The notes under the pieces were generated by a model, which was not told the DNA's origin, did no database searches, and saw only the letters and a list, made by a program, of their open reading frames with translations. A DNA stretch of 35,921 nt, taken from positions 63,064,893-63,100,813 of the forward strand of contig NC_068986.1 in NCBI RefSeq assembly GCF_001194135.2, in the 5' to 3' direction. This document shows, piece after piece, positions 1 through 10,130 of this stretch; positions within the stretch are counted from its first letter, which is position 1, and every line of letters begins with the position of its first letter. Position numbers and translations under genes: made by a program. Origin of the DNA: Octopus bimaculoides. Lineage: Eukaryota.

Positions 1-250
1 ATTTACTTTTTTGAAAAATTGAAATTTTACAGGATTTTTTATTTTTTTCAGAATAATTATCTCCGTATTTTTCTCCATATTTCGCCTAAAAGTTTTTTTG
101 AAGAATGTAAACTTAAGAAATTTAGTGCAGAAGGGGGATGGATTTAAATTTTGAAATGCAAATGTTTTGCAGATTCGGAATCTCCGCACTCGATATAGTG
201 GGTTCCTGTAAAATAATAAAGAAAAAAACATCCCGAAGGGGGTGCAGCCC
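1..250. mobile_element. Probable terminal part of an unclassified DNA-transposon-like repeat, cut by the window edge
   Basis: The segment retains CpGs (gattcggaatctccgcactcgat) and ends in cccgaagggggtgcagccc. No partner TIR lies inside the window, so the call rests on resemblance only. Confidence 0.3.
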
Positions 251-1029
251 ATTGTCTTTACCTCTGCCCAGATTTGACTGTTTGGGGAGGATAGAGATTA
301 ATTCTTGATTACATTGTTTAAAGTTAGCAGAAGAAACACTGTCAGGGTTGATGGCTTATTGATTTTAAACTAGTAAAACTGCAGTAGGAAGTATTTTCAC
401 ACTTGATGTGTTTGTGTGCTTGATGGTGAGTAGTTTGGAATGAGATCATTGCAGAAGAGATTTACTTTGTGTGTGCAGTGTTGAGTTAGATGCAAATGTG
501 ATAGCATCTCTCAAGATTAATTCACACAAGTCCATCAAATTGGAGAAGTGAAAGAAATAGATATCCTTTTAGATAAGTAACCAAAAAGACCAACTGCAGT
601 AACTTTTTTATTTTGGTATGTAAAGATTTGACAGTTTGCTTTGATCATGTAATTTAAATTATGTAACTAATAATTATCATTAATTGATTAAATGTGCATA
701 AGATGGTATAACTGAATATTTCTAAAATAGTTCATTATGTTTCATTTTCTACACATACTCTGTAACATACCCAAACTTTGGTCTCATACCAAGTGATATG
801 AGTATAGTAGCATGAATGGGAATAGATATGAAGTACTAAATACTGATCATTTGTTGTGCAATTTAAGTTTTAAATTTTCACCACATGAATATATAAACAT
901 ACATGTATATGTGTGTATATGAATATGGGTAAGAATACATCAAAAGGTATATAATAGATACAGTCACAGAAGACAATAGTGGAGGCATTTAATACAACAC
1001 TGACAGTGTTGAAGGCTCAATGAGAAAAA

Positions 1030-1265
1030 GGAGCCATAGCCTGCCTTCCTGCAGTTCACAAAACTTTAAATGCAATAACCTCACAGAGAATAAATATTTG
1101 GAGAAAACAACCTGTTTCCAGAAGAACAAAATGCTGCTGCAAAGGCCACTAAGATTGATTCTTGATCAACAAAACCACAACCAAAAATTGTTGGAGTATG
1201 AAGAATTTGGACATCATATAGATTGACTATACCCACTCATAGCAGAAACACTAGCCATGAGTAAA
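1030..1265 (+). pseudogene. Degenerate R4/Dong-clade non-LTR reverse transcriptase fragment
   Basis: Frameshifted translation reads IACLPAVHKTLNAITSQRI / ENNLFPEEQ / KCCCKGH..FLINKTTTKNCWSMKNLDII*IDY. This matches the R4/Dong RT pattern ITCLPTxYKxLT..ENNLxPEEQKGC..DQLLINK..NLSMAWIDY. Confidence 0.65.
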
Positions 1266-1288
1266 GCAATAGGTACATTAATCATGCT

Positions 1289-1945
1289 AAGCTCGTTTTG
1301 CAACCAGGTAGTTTCAAGTTCAGTCCTGCTGCATGGCACCCTGGGTAAATTGGTGAACTCCTCCCATTATAGTCTCTAGGCCAGGGGTGGGGGAACTGTT
1401 TAATGCAACGGGCAAAAATTTCCTAAGAAAAAGGTCCGCAGGTAGATCCCAAGTTCTAACTCTTATATCTGTGTAGATTTTGTATGTATCTATGTATAAT
1501 TCGATATACATTAATAAAGATAAGTTTAACACATTAAATTAATGCATAACATTGCTGCTGAATTTAAGATGTTTATATTACTTATGAGTTATTCTATATT
1601 CTTCAGCTAGAGTGTAGTTGGATCTCAAGTGGGTAGTACAAACCTAGTAATATGTGATTCATAGTGAAAACAAAATTTCCATTCAAATGGGAATTATCGG
1701 ACGATTTCTATTTGAGTCTGACAATTTTAAGTCATAGTGGAAACGCGACCTATGTCGCAAGTAGGCATACGAATATTGTATAAATTTTATGATTGAAAAC
1801 TTTACTGTATTTTGTACATATAAGTATATCAACCACCTGTGCGCACAATAAAATGGCCTCGCAGGTGCAATTGTGCTGGCTAGCAGGTGTTTCCCCATCC
1901 CTGCTCTAGGCCATCCAGGCTTGTGAGTGAATTTGATAAATAGAA

Positions 1946-1981
<36 letters not shown>

Positions 1982-2135
1982 CGCGCATGTGTGCACATGT
2001 GCTTGTGTGTGTGTCATTGTGTTTGTCTTCCTACCGCTTAACAACTGGTGTTTTGGTTTGTTTACATCTCAAAAACTTAGTCGTTTGACATAAGAGACCA
2101 ATAGAATAAGTACCAGACCTAAAAGAAACTAAGTG
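1289..2135 (+). mobile_element. CORE-type tRNA SINE (octopus OR-like; family A) with central (GT)n, interrupted by a hAT MITE
   Basis: The head caaccaggtagtttcaagttcagtcctgctgcatggcaccctggg continues after the MITE as catccaggcttgtgagtgaatttg, (GT)n and a 3' half ending aatagaataagtacc. It is colinear with copies at 32908-33241 and 34072-34409. Confidence 0.75.
1382..1903. mobile_element. Non-autonomous hAT element (MITE), 522 bp
   Basis: TIRs are caggggtgggggaac and gtttccccatccctg. There is a perfect 8-bp TSD ctctaggc at 1374-1381 and 1904-1911. Confidence 0.9.
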
Positions 2136-2559
2136 TCCCTGATTATTTGTAAGTCCTTTCCAGTTTAATCTCTGTCTTCTAATATAAACTTGGCATTGCT
2201 TGATAAGAGGTGAGTCTGTGTTCTCCATAGCTCTCTTAACCCTCTGCTGTGTTCTCTAGTGTCTCTTGAACCTCTGGTGCTATTCTTGTCACAGAAATGC
2301 TTTAATTATGAGAAAAGCACACAAACTTCAAGGACATTCAATGATGTTCCATGATGTAGCATGATATTTCTGCAAGCTGATAGGTTAATAATCAGGACAC
2401 ATTACATGCTCAGAACATGATATATGTGTTTTCCAGGCTGGCATTTTGCTGCAGTACTATTAATGATGAAAATGAAAAAGGTCAAGAGCTTAAAAAGCAT
2501 TAGAGAGAGAGGTAGGGAGGGGAGTGGAGGTCACTGACAAGCTCAAAGAAACTATCATC

Positions 2560-3260
2560 AATTTGCAATATAAACATTAGTGAAACAACCTTTAAATAAG
2601 ACATTAGTTTTAAATATTCAAGAACCATTATGATGTCAGATGAGAAAAATATTAAGGAAATTGAGTCAAGGATTGGACAGGCCAAGGCTGCTTAGGTGAG
2701 GTGGAACATATTGTCAAATAAGCAGTTGTCTGTAAGAATGAGAAAAGAATCATGGGGGTGGTGCATAAATTATACTGTTGATATGGTTGAGTGACCTGGA
2801 ACATCAACAAACAAATGCAAAATTTTATTAATGCTATAGAATTGTGATTCTTTAGAGCAGAGGTTCTCAACCATTTTTTATCAATAGATCTCCTTTGCTG
2901 ATTATTTCATTCTGGTGGATCCCTAAAGCCATTCAATGTTTAAAAAGTAATTTTGTAGACACTTCCTTCAAAATTCCTATTTTGTTTATTAGACATTAAC
3001 TTGTGTAGAATGAGCTATGTAAAATGTTAGAGAAAGAAAACTAGCTGTTTCTTGTAATATATACCAATACATACATCTAAAGCAAAATACTATTGTGGAT
3101 TCTCAATGTATGAACCCTAGTTGAGAACCACTGTTTTAGAGTAACAAACACTGAAGTTCTTACATGGGTGGAGATCATCCTTAACAGAATAAGAAGACAA
3201 CAAGCTAGATTCACTGGATGCCATATGGCAAAGAAACGGAAAGAAACCAAGAAGGACAGA
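2560..3260 (+). pseudogene. Degenerate RTE-clade LINE, C-terminal RT region, interrupted by a hAT MITE
   Basis: Translation gives FKYSRTIMMSDEKNIKEIESRIGQAKAA*..ILSNKQLSVRMRK, then after the MITE RVTNTEVL and IRRQQARF. These match RTE motifs FKYLGS..KEIKSRIGQAKAAF and RVTNEEVL..IRKRQLRF. Confidence 0.75.
2858..3133. mobile_element. Non-autonomous hAT (Charlie-like) MITE, 276 bp
   Basis: TIRs are cagaggttctcaacc and agttgagaaccactg. The 8-bp TSD is ctttagag (2850-2857) / ttttagag (3134-3141). Confidence 0.85.
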
Positions 3261-3497
3261 AAGAGAATATACTCGTTGACAATACCAGCTGGCTACACAG
3301 AGCAGCCCAAGGTGTTATAGGTGGGATAGTAGAGAGTGGCAGCCGCTAATCACTGATATCTGTTGTCATGGTGTATTAAGAATCCTCTCTCCATCAGAAG
3401 AGGAATATTCTAAAAGAACTCCCTACCTCCACAGGAGTGGCCAAGATGTCTGATAAGAGAAGCCACATATGTTTTTTTACATATTATTAACTACATA

Positions 3498-4753
3498 CAG
3501 GGGCTGGACAAAATAATGGAAACACCTTAAAATTTCAATCAAATTTATTTTAATATGGGGTAGGACCACCTTTGGCAGTAATTACAGCTTGAATTCTATG
3601 AGGTATGGACTCGTACAAAGTTTGAATTGTTTCCAAAGGAATTTTTGTCTATTCTTCAGCTAAAACAGTCTCCTGTTCTTGTCGTGATGATGGTGGAGGA
3701 TATTGACTCCTTACTTGTTTTTCTAAAATGCACCATAAACGTTCAATATTGAGATTTGGGGACTGTGGTGACCAGATAAGATGTTTAACTTCACTAGAAT
3801 GTTCCTCATGCCATTCAGTAACAACTTTAGTTGTGTGAATTGATGCATCATCCTGAAAGATTGCATTTCCCTCTGGAAACAGTTCCACAGCTATAGGATG
3901 AATTTGATCAGATAAAATGCTTAAATAGTCTTGACTGTTAATTCTGCCATGAAAGGAAACCACTGGGCCAGTGAATTTCCAAGATATAGCCCCCTAGATC
4001 ATCACAGATCCTCCTCCATGTTTAACAGTTGGAAGAAGGCAGTCTAGGTCAAATACTTCTTTTGGCTGTCTGTACACATATACTTGGTCAGTGGTCGGAA
4101 ATAAGGTAAAGGATGACTCATCCGGGAAAATAACATTCTTCCACTACTCTAGGGACCAATTCTGTAGGTTTTTACTCCAATTTAAATGCTTTGAAACGTT
4201 TGTTTTAAAAAGAAGTGGTTTTCTGATTGTAACCCTCCCATGAAATCCAGCTTTGTGCAGCTCATGGCGAACAGTTTTTGTGGAAACTGGATTTTTGAGG
4301 TGGTCATTAAGCTCTGCGGTAATTTTGGGAGCTGTAATTTTGTAATTTTTTCTCACAATTTGCGTAAGAGTCCGATGGTCCCTATCTGAAAGTTTTGGTT
4401 TTCTTCCGGAGTTTTGTTTCGATGAGGAGGTTTTTCCCTCTTTCTCAAAGGCTGTCATTACTTTCAAGACAGTACTTCTTGATACATCAAACATTTCGGC
4501 TGTTTACATTATGCTAGTGTCTGCCATACGAGCCCCAACAATTTGACCTCTTTGAAAGTTCGTTAGATCTGTCATTTTAATGAATTTTAATTACCTTTTT
4601 TTGATATCTGAAAAGAAACAGCAATGTTAGCAAAACATATTAAGCAACACTAAGAATAAATAAAAAAACATAAAAATAAACAAGCTTTTGAAAGTTTTAT
4701 AGATATTTCAAAATTATGATGCCAGGTGTTTCCATTATTTTGTCCAACCCCTG
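3498..4753 (-). mobile_element. Full-length Tc1-family DNA transposon (DD37E/TRT-like), 1256 bp
   Basis: The 30-bp TIRs are cagggg(c/t)tggacaaaataatggaaacacct at 3498-3527 and 4724-4753 (1 mismatch). TA flanks both sides, and a transposase lies inside. Confidence 0.95.
3550..4575 (-). pseudogene. Tc1 transposase pseudogene (about 342 codons, in-frame stops)
   Basis: It reads MTDLTNFQRGQIVGARM..SGRKPKLS..VIFPDESSF..KHGGGSVM..IFQDD..WSPQSPNLNIE..AKGGPTPY*. There are at least four in-frame stops, several at expected Trp positions. Confidence 0.9.
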
Positions 4754-5044
4754 TAAACTTTATGTATATGCTTCATTTATTTTCCAGTAGATGCAATAGC
4801 ATGATGGAATATTTGCACTCTCAAAGCACCATGTTATAACACCTCAGATTCATGGACAGACGAGGTAACTCACCTGCAATCCCATTTGAGAGTGATGGAC
4901 ACCTGGTGCTTTACCATTTTTGTACCTTGTCAACAAAATGTACCTGCCATGGTTGAAGGCAAGTCACCTAGCCAGTCCATGACTTATATGCTTATGACTT
5001 GTAAAACCGTGTGCTGGCATGCCTGGAAATTGCATACCTAAGAG

Positions 5045-5475
5045 AAAATTTACATCTAAAGAAAAAGCAGCTCTAGTATGATAAATATTATTAACTATAT
5101 ATATTTAATGTATACACTTCGTGTATTTTCTGCTGGCTGCAATAGCATGATGTAGTATATGCACTCTCAAAATGCTGGCTGTTAAAACACCTCAGAATCA
5201 TGGACAGGCGAGGTAACTTACCTTCAATCCCATTTGGGAGTAATGGACACCGGGTCTTCAACCATGGTGGATACATGACGTTGACAAGCCACAAAAATGG
5301 TGAAACACTTGGTGTCCATCATTCCTAATTGAGATTGAAGGTGAGTTACCTTGCCTGGCACTTTGAGAGTGCTATTACAGCCACCGGAAAATACATGAAA
5401 CATATATGTAAAGTATATGTAGTTGATAATATACATTGTAGTAGAGCTGCTTTTATTTCATATGTAAATATTTTT
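5045..5475. mobile_element. Foldback/MITE copy 2, long imperfect hairpin
   Basis: The left arm (aaaagcagctcta..tattttctgctggctgcaatagca..ggacacc) is complementary to the right arm (ggtgtcc..tgctattacagccaccggaaaata..tagagctgctttt) around a loop of about 55 nt. Confidence 0.75.
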
Positions 5476-6804
5476 TACATTGCTATATGTGTTTTTTAAA
5501 ACTATATTCATAAATAACTGCTACATAGTTTTATTGATGAAAGTAGATTGATTAACCTCTGTAGTTGAGGTCATTTATTGGGTTTTCATTTTGCAGTTAA
5601 TGCTTTAAAATTAAAAAATTCAGTTGGTACGTTGTACAGGTTCAAGGAAAGGATCTTACTGAGGATAATATGATGATTTGACTTAGCAAATTTTATCATA
5701 TAGAAGAAAGTTTCATAACAGTGAGTGGTCTCCACAACAGAAAGAAATTGAAAGCTTGTTCTCTTGAGATTAAGATAATTTGCCTCAAAAAGTTAAATAG
5801 AGATTGGCTGTTATGTATTAGCCCCAAAACATCAACCTGCAGCTCTGTTTCTGTTGGAGCCGTTGATGACTTCATTGAGAGAATGATTCACAAGAGATTT
5901 GAAGTGTGGTTTTAGCTTTGTTACTTTTACCTAAACCTGCTTTCTAAACCATCATAAAGAATTTCTAAGTTTCTTTCATGCTGTTACAATTTACTGTCTT
6001 TAATTTGAACATCAGGAACATTGGAAAGCGGCTGATACTTTGACAAGTTGCTCTTCTCAGCTTGATGAGTAGTGAAGCCTGGGCTGACAGCTGAACACAC
6101 CAGGTTGCCACTGGAGAAGGTGTCATAGCATATGGAATCCCAGATGAGGGGCCTGCCACCACAAATTATTATGCCGTCAGACTTTTTACTGTCCTTTCAG
6201 TAGAGCCTCGCTGACTCAATCTTGAGTTGGGAAGAGAAGCTTGTGGCATCAAAGCCATTCTTTATGATCTCATTGAGGACAGCATGCTGTGGAAGGTGGC
6301 CAGCACTATAATGGCATGACAATAGGAGGAAACTAAAAGAATTCACAATGGATCCAGTGGCATTTGTAAGGCTCACAGATCTGAAGGCTAAGCCTCATGG
6401 AAACATCGATGCACAGACACTTGTTATCAAGCTGGATGGCAGCATTCTAAGCATTCAAACTTCAAGAATCCGTGGATACAAAACCTTCCTGTGACTGCAA
6501 AATAATCCAGCATGCGATAAATGACAACTCTGAAAACAGAGGAGTAACAGTTATTCAAATGGTTAATCTCCCCCATATTTTTTCTAACTTATATTGTAAT
6601 TCCACTCCTTCTCCAGTGTTTTGAATTGTGTGCTTAATGTCCTGTGATGTGTTGGTGGCTGATGGCAACAGAGAAACTAAAACAAACCATGACAACATGA
6701 ACACTAACACTGGACGATCTTGTGGAGTTTGATCCTTTTCATGTCACAACCCCAAATATATGTAAGTTTCATGTATAATGACACTATCACTGAAATGCAA
6801 AAAT

Positions 6805-7371
6805 GGGATCTATTTCGAAACGGGGGCCACATTTTTCATTAATGTTTTATGTAGTGTTTTTGGTACGGAAAGACTTTCAAACTTTGTATACTTATCTATT
6901 TTGTGTTATAGAACAGAAAAATATTTTTGTATTCGAATTTATTTCATGTAAAAAATTGTCTTATTTCGATAATTTCAACCAATCACTGACAAGTATTCAG
7001 TTGTTTACATTTACTCCTTTGGCTGATTAAGCGATGTAAAGCGTATTTAATCTCCATACCTTCGTTTTATTTGCTTTTTNNNNNNNNNNNNNNNNNNNNN
7101 NNNNNNNNNNNNNNNNNNNNNNNNNNNNNNNNNNNNNNNNNNNNNNNNNNNNNNNNNNNNNNNNNNNNNNNNNNNNNNNNNNNNNNNNNNNNNNNNNNNN
7201 NNNNNNNNNNNNNNNNNNNNNNNNNNNNNNATGGAATAACTTATGGATTTCTTTTTTTTTTTTAAGAAGACTAAGAGAAAAAGATGTTTTATATGACACA
7301 TTCTACCAGTGTTCCAAGTTTCAAAGTGTTTCGTTAATGAAAAATATGGCCCCCGTTTTAAAAAAGATCCC
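6805..7371. mobile_element. Non-autonomous DNA transposon with GGG...CCC ends, superfamily unassigned (contains a gap)
   Basis: The TIRs of about 38 bp are gggatctatttcgaaacgggggccacatttttcattaa versus gggatcttttttaaaacgggggccatatttttcattaa (reverse complement of the right end). aaaaat flanks both sides. Confidence 0.8.
7080..7230. other. Assembly gap (N run)
   Basis: N characters. Confidence 1.
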
Positions 7372-7399
7372 AAAAATGAAATACTGTAGAATATGTATA

Positions 7400-7615
7400 T
7401 TCTTTTCTACTCTAGGTACAAGGCTTGAAATTTTGAGGGAAAAGGCTGGGCAAGTAGATCGAACCCAGTACGCAACTAGTACTTAATTTATTGACCCCAA
7501 AAGGATGAAAAGCAAAGTCGACCTCAGCAGAATCTGAACTCAGAACATAAAGATAGACAAAATACCACTATGCATTTCGCGCAGTGTTCTAATGTTTCTG
7601 CCAGCTCACCGCCTT
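7400..7615 (-). mobile_element. tRNA-derived SINE, family B (core ..gaaaggatgaaaggcaaagtcgacctc..gaactc on + strand)
   Basis: Near full-length. It aligns along its length with copies at 7812, 13258, 14327 and 15896-16615. Confidence 0.8.
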
Positions 7616-7811
7616 GTAGAATATGTATTTTAAAGAATATGCATATAAAGCTAAGGAAATATTTTGCTAATATCAGAGAAATTAGCGTCCATTTACACAG
7701 CTTCTTTATTGATAACCGAAAGTCAAAAATGAAGCAAGAATCATTGCCTCAAACCGAATTATTATATTCTTGTCACACTCTGATACTGTCTGTTGCAGCT
7801 TAAACAAACAG

Positions 7812-8021
7812 TTCTTTTCTACTCTAGGCACAAGGCCCAAAATTTGAGGGGAGGAGGCCAATCAATTAGGTCGACATCCAGCACACAACTGGTACTTAAT
7901 TTATTGACCCCGAAAGGATGAAAGGCAAAGACAACCTCGGTGAAATTTGAACTCAGAATGTGAAGACAGACGAAATACCACTGAGCATTTTGCTCGGCAT
8001 GCTAACATTTCTGCCAGCTAG
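7812..8021 (-). mobile_element. SINE family B
   Basis: It runs from ttcttttctactctaggcacaaggccc to gctaacatttctgccagc and is colinear with the 7400-7615 copy. Confidence 0.8.
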
Positions 8022-8225
8022 TTGCTTGAACTTTTGGCACAATGTAGCCACCTTGTAAAACACCTGCACAGAATTTACAATCGTCTAAAAGGAGGCTACT
8101 GTTCATTTTATATGGCAAAGGTAAGCTATATTGCTTTTTCATTTTATTAAATGAGTGTTACATCATGTCCATTGTTAGGATTGACAACAAAAAGAATCAT
8201 TGAAATTTTTCTGATAAGATATGCC

Positions 8226-10130
8226 ATGGAGAAAAGCAGTAAGAGGAAACTAAGTGGAACAGAATGAAAATGAAATAGGTTGCAAACTGAGAAAAGAATC
8301 ACCTAAATTTCAGAGATTTGATGCCTACTTTTCATTCGAAAAGTACTCAGCATCTACTGTGCTAAAAATGGAACTCTTTAAAAACTTGCTACCTGCCACA
8401 GCTAAATAGATGGTAGCTGCACCCTAGTTGCTGCACAGATATTAAAAACAGAGCCTATAGAACAGCTGACCACTTTTGCAGTCTATTGTCTTAAGGTTTT
8501 GTGTGAATATTGATACCTATGTGGAATAACCAATACAACCACACCTCTTTTGTAAAACACTTGTAAGAGCTAATCTCATATGTACCAAGTCTTCAACATA
8601 ATTTTCAAAAAGACAAAGCAGGACATAATTTCAAAGCAATTTAGTACCAAGAAGCAAGTTAAAAGTGGTTGAGAAACAAATATTCACTGGTTAGTTTACT
8701 CACCAGAGTAAACATTGCTTGTAAATTTTTGTAAATCAGACTCACAAAAATGAAAAGATCTTTTCCTTATCAAATTATGCCTGTCCAGGAATATCTTAAC
8801 TGCCCTTCTAATAAAACACAAAGAGATAGACAAAAATATTTCTGTAAATGCAGTCCTCTCTTTTGGAAAAGGAAGATTGGCATCTCATGGTCACCACCAT
8901 TACCGAGGTTTTGTTTTCTCTAAGGACAAAGTTTTTTTTAACTATTCAGGTGTTTGTCAAAAATGATGGATTACTAGAACAATATTTATAACTGAGTGAT
9001 TGAAACACAAAATACATCTACCTTGATATGCAAAAGAGAAATGTAGTCCTTGGCCCAAATTCTATTGAAGATACAGCTCTAATTAATGTGGCAATAATTG
9101 TTGACTGTGAAGGCGCATGGCTCAGTGGTTAGAGCATCGAACTTACGACCGGGAGGTTGTGAATTCGAATCCCGGACCCGGCTGCATGTTGTGTTCTTGA
9201 GCAAGACACTTTATTTCACGTAGCTCCAGTTTACTCAGCTGTAGAAATGAGTTGCGACATCACTGGTGCCAAGCTGTATTGGCCTTTGCCTTTCCCTTGG
9301 ATAACATTGGTGGCGTGAAGAGGGGAGGCTGGTATGCATGGGTGACTGCTGGTCTTCCATAAACAACCTTGCCTGGACTTGTGCCTCGGAGGGTAACTTT
9401 CTAGGTGCAGTCCCATGGTCATTCATGACCGAAGGGGGTCTCCGAATTGTTGACTCTGTTATTGATATCCAACAGAGGTGATTTATTTTCTTCATCTTTG
9501 TGACATGCAACAATAAACAGAAATTGAGTGAACAATTTATACAATTCAAAGATTTACCTGGAGCAAAGCTGAAGATTATTTCATCATTCTTCTCCCAGCA
9601 TCAGTCTCTTCCTAGTACTAAAATAAGAGTGCCACAATCAAATCAGATTGTTCATGCTGACTAAAAAGAAAAAAAAAATCAACAAAACTTTGTGATTCTA
9701 GAATAAGCATCTACAAAGTCAAAAGTAGAGACAGTGTTGCAGAATTAATTAACACAAGTGAGTTGCACAAAGTTTTAGATGTTGCAATAAAGAAGTAAAA
9801 GTAACCGTACTCCAAAACAACTCACTTCAGAGTATACTGAAAAACTTGGCACATAAGTATTCTTAGTTGTTCTTAAAACTGGAAGTAAAATTTAGCTAAG
9901 GTTTCTAATTTATCCCTGAACTTACAGAGAAATATTCTAGATCAGTTAATGGCTTGTCATTTGATTGCCTTTTTTGTCTGTAAGAAAGATCTGGGAATCA
10001 TGAAAAGAGTTCAAATCTCAATTCAAACAGATCAAAAATAAACCAATTGAGTTGGTTTGAAAAAATGGTATCAATACAGAATACAAGCAGCTCAGTGAGT
10101 GTAAATTACAAAAGTTTTTTAATGAATTCT
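8226..10130 (+). pseudogene. Highly degenerate hAT transposase (ZMYM1/TTF-zinc-finger type)
   Basis: Fragmentary frames read MEKSSKRKLSGTE, KDKAGHNFKA..HWLVYSPE..CKF (TTF Zn finger-like), LLEKEDWHL, and AIIVD[SINE]..IDIQQR (first catalytic D region). Many stops and frameshifts. Confidence 0.6.
9107..9444 (+). mobile_element. Young tRNA-derived SINE, family C, 338 bp
   Basis: A-box tggctcagtggttagagc and B-box-like gaattcgaatccc are present. There is a perfect 11-bp TSD aattgttgact at 9096-9106 and 9445-9455. Confidence 0.9.

Larger units (their letters stand above)
3465..4983. mobile_element. Foldback/MITE copy 1, left arm split by the Tc1 insertion, right arm mostly lost
   Basis: The Tc1 flanks tattattaactacata and aactttatgtatatgcttcatttattttcc rejoin to match the arm of the 5045-5475 hairpin. 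4778-4983 aligns to 5124-5350. Confidence 0.6.

Noticed and set aside
5620-5900. LINE RT motifs on the - strand (EVINGSNRNRAAG; KFAKSNHHIILSKIL)
   Set aside because: The spacing between motifs is far shorter than in real RTs and key residues are missing.
6647-6761. MATEKLKQTMTT-TGA-TLTLDDLVEFDPFHVTTPNI as a selenoprotein or readthrough exon
   Set aside because: There is no Cys/Sec-type context, no recognisable family and no SECIS evidence.
9107-9185. tRNA gene
   Set aside because: It is the tRNA-derived head of a SINE: it continues into a 260-bp body bounded by a TSD and lacks a proper acceptor stem.
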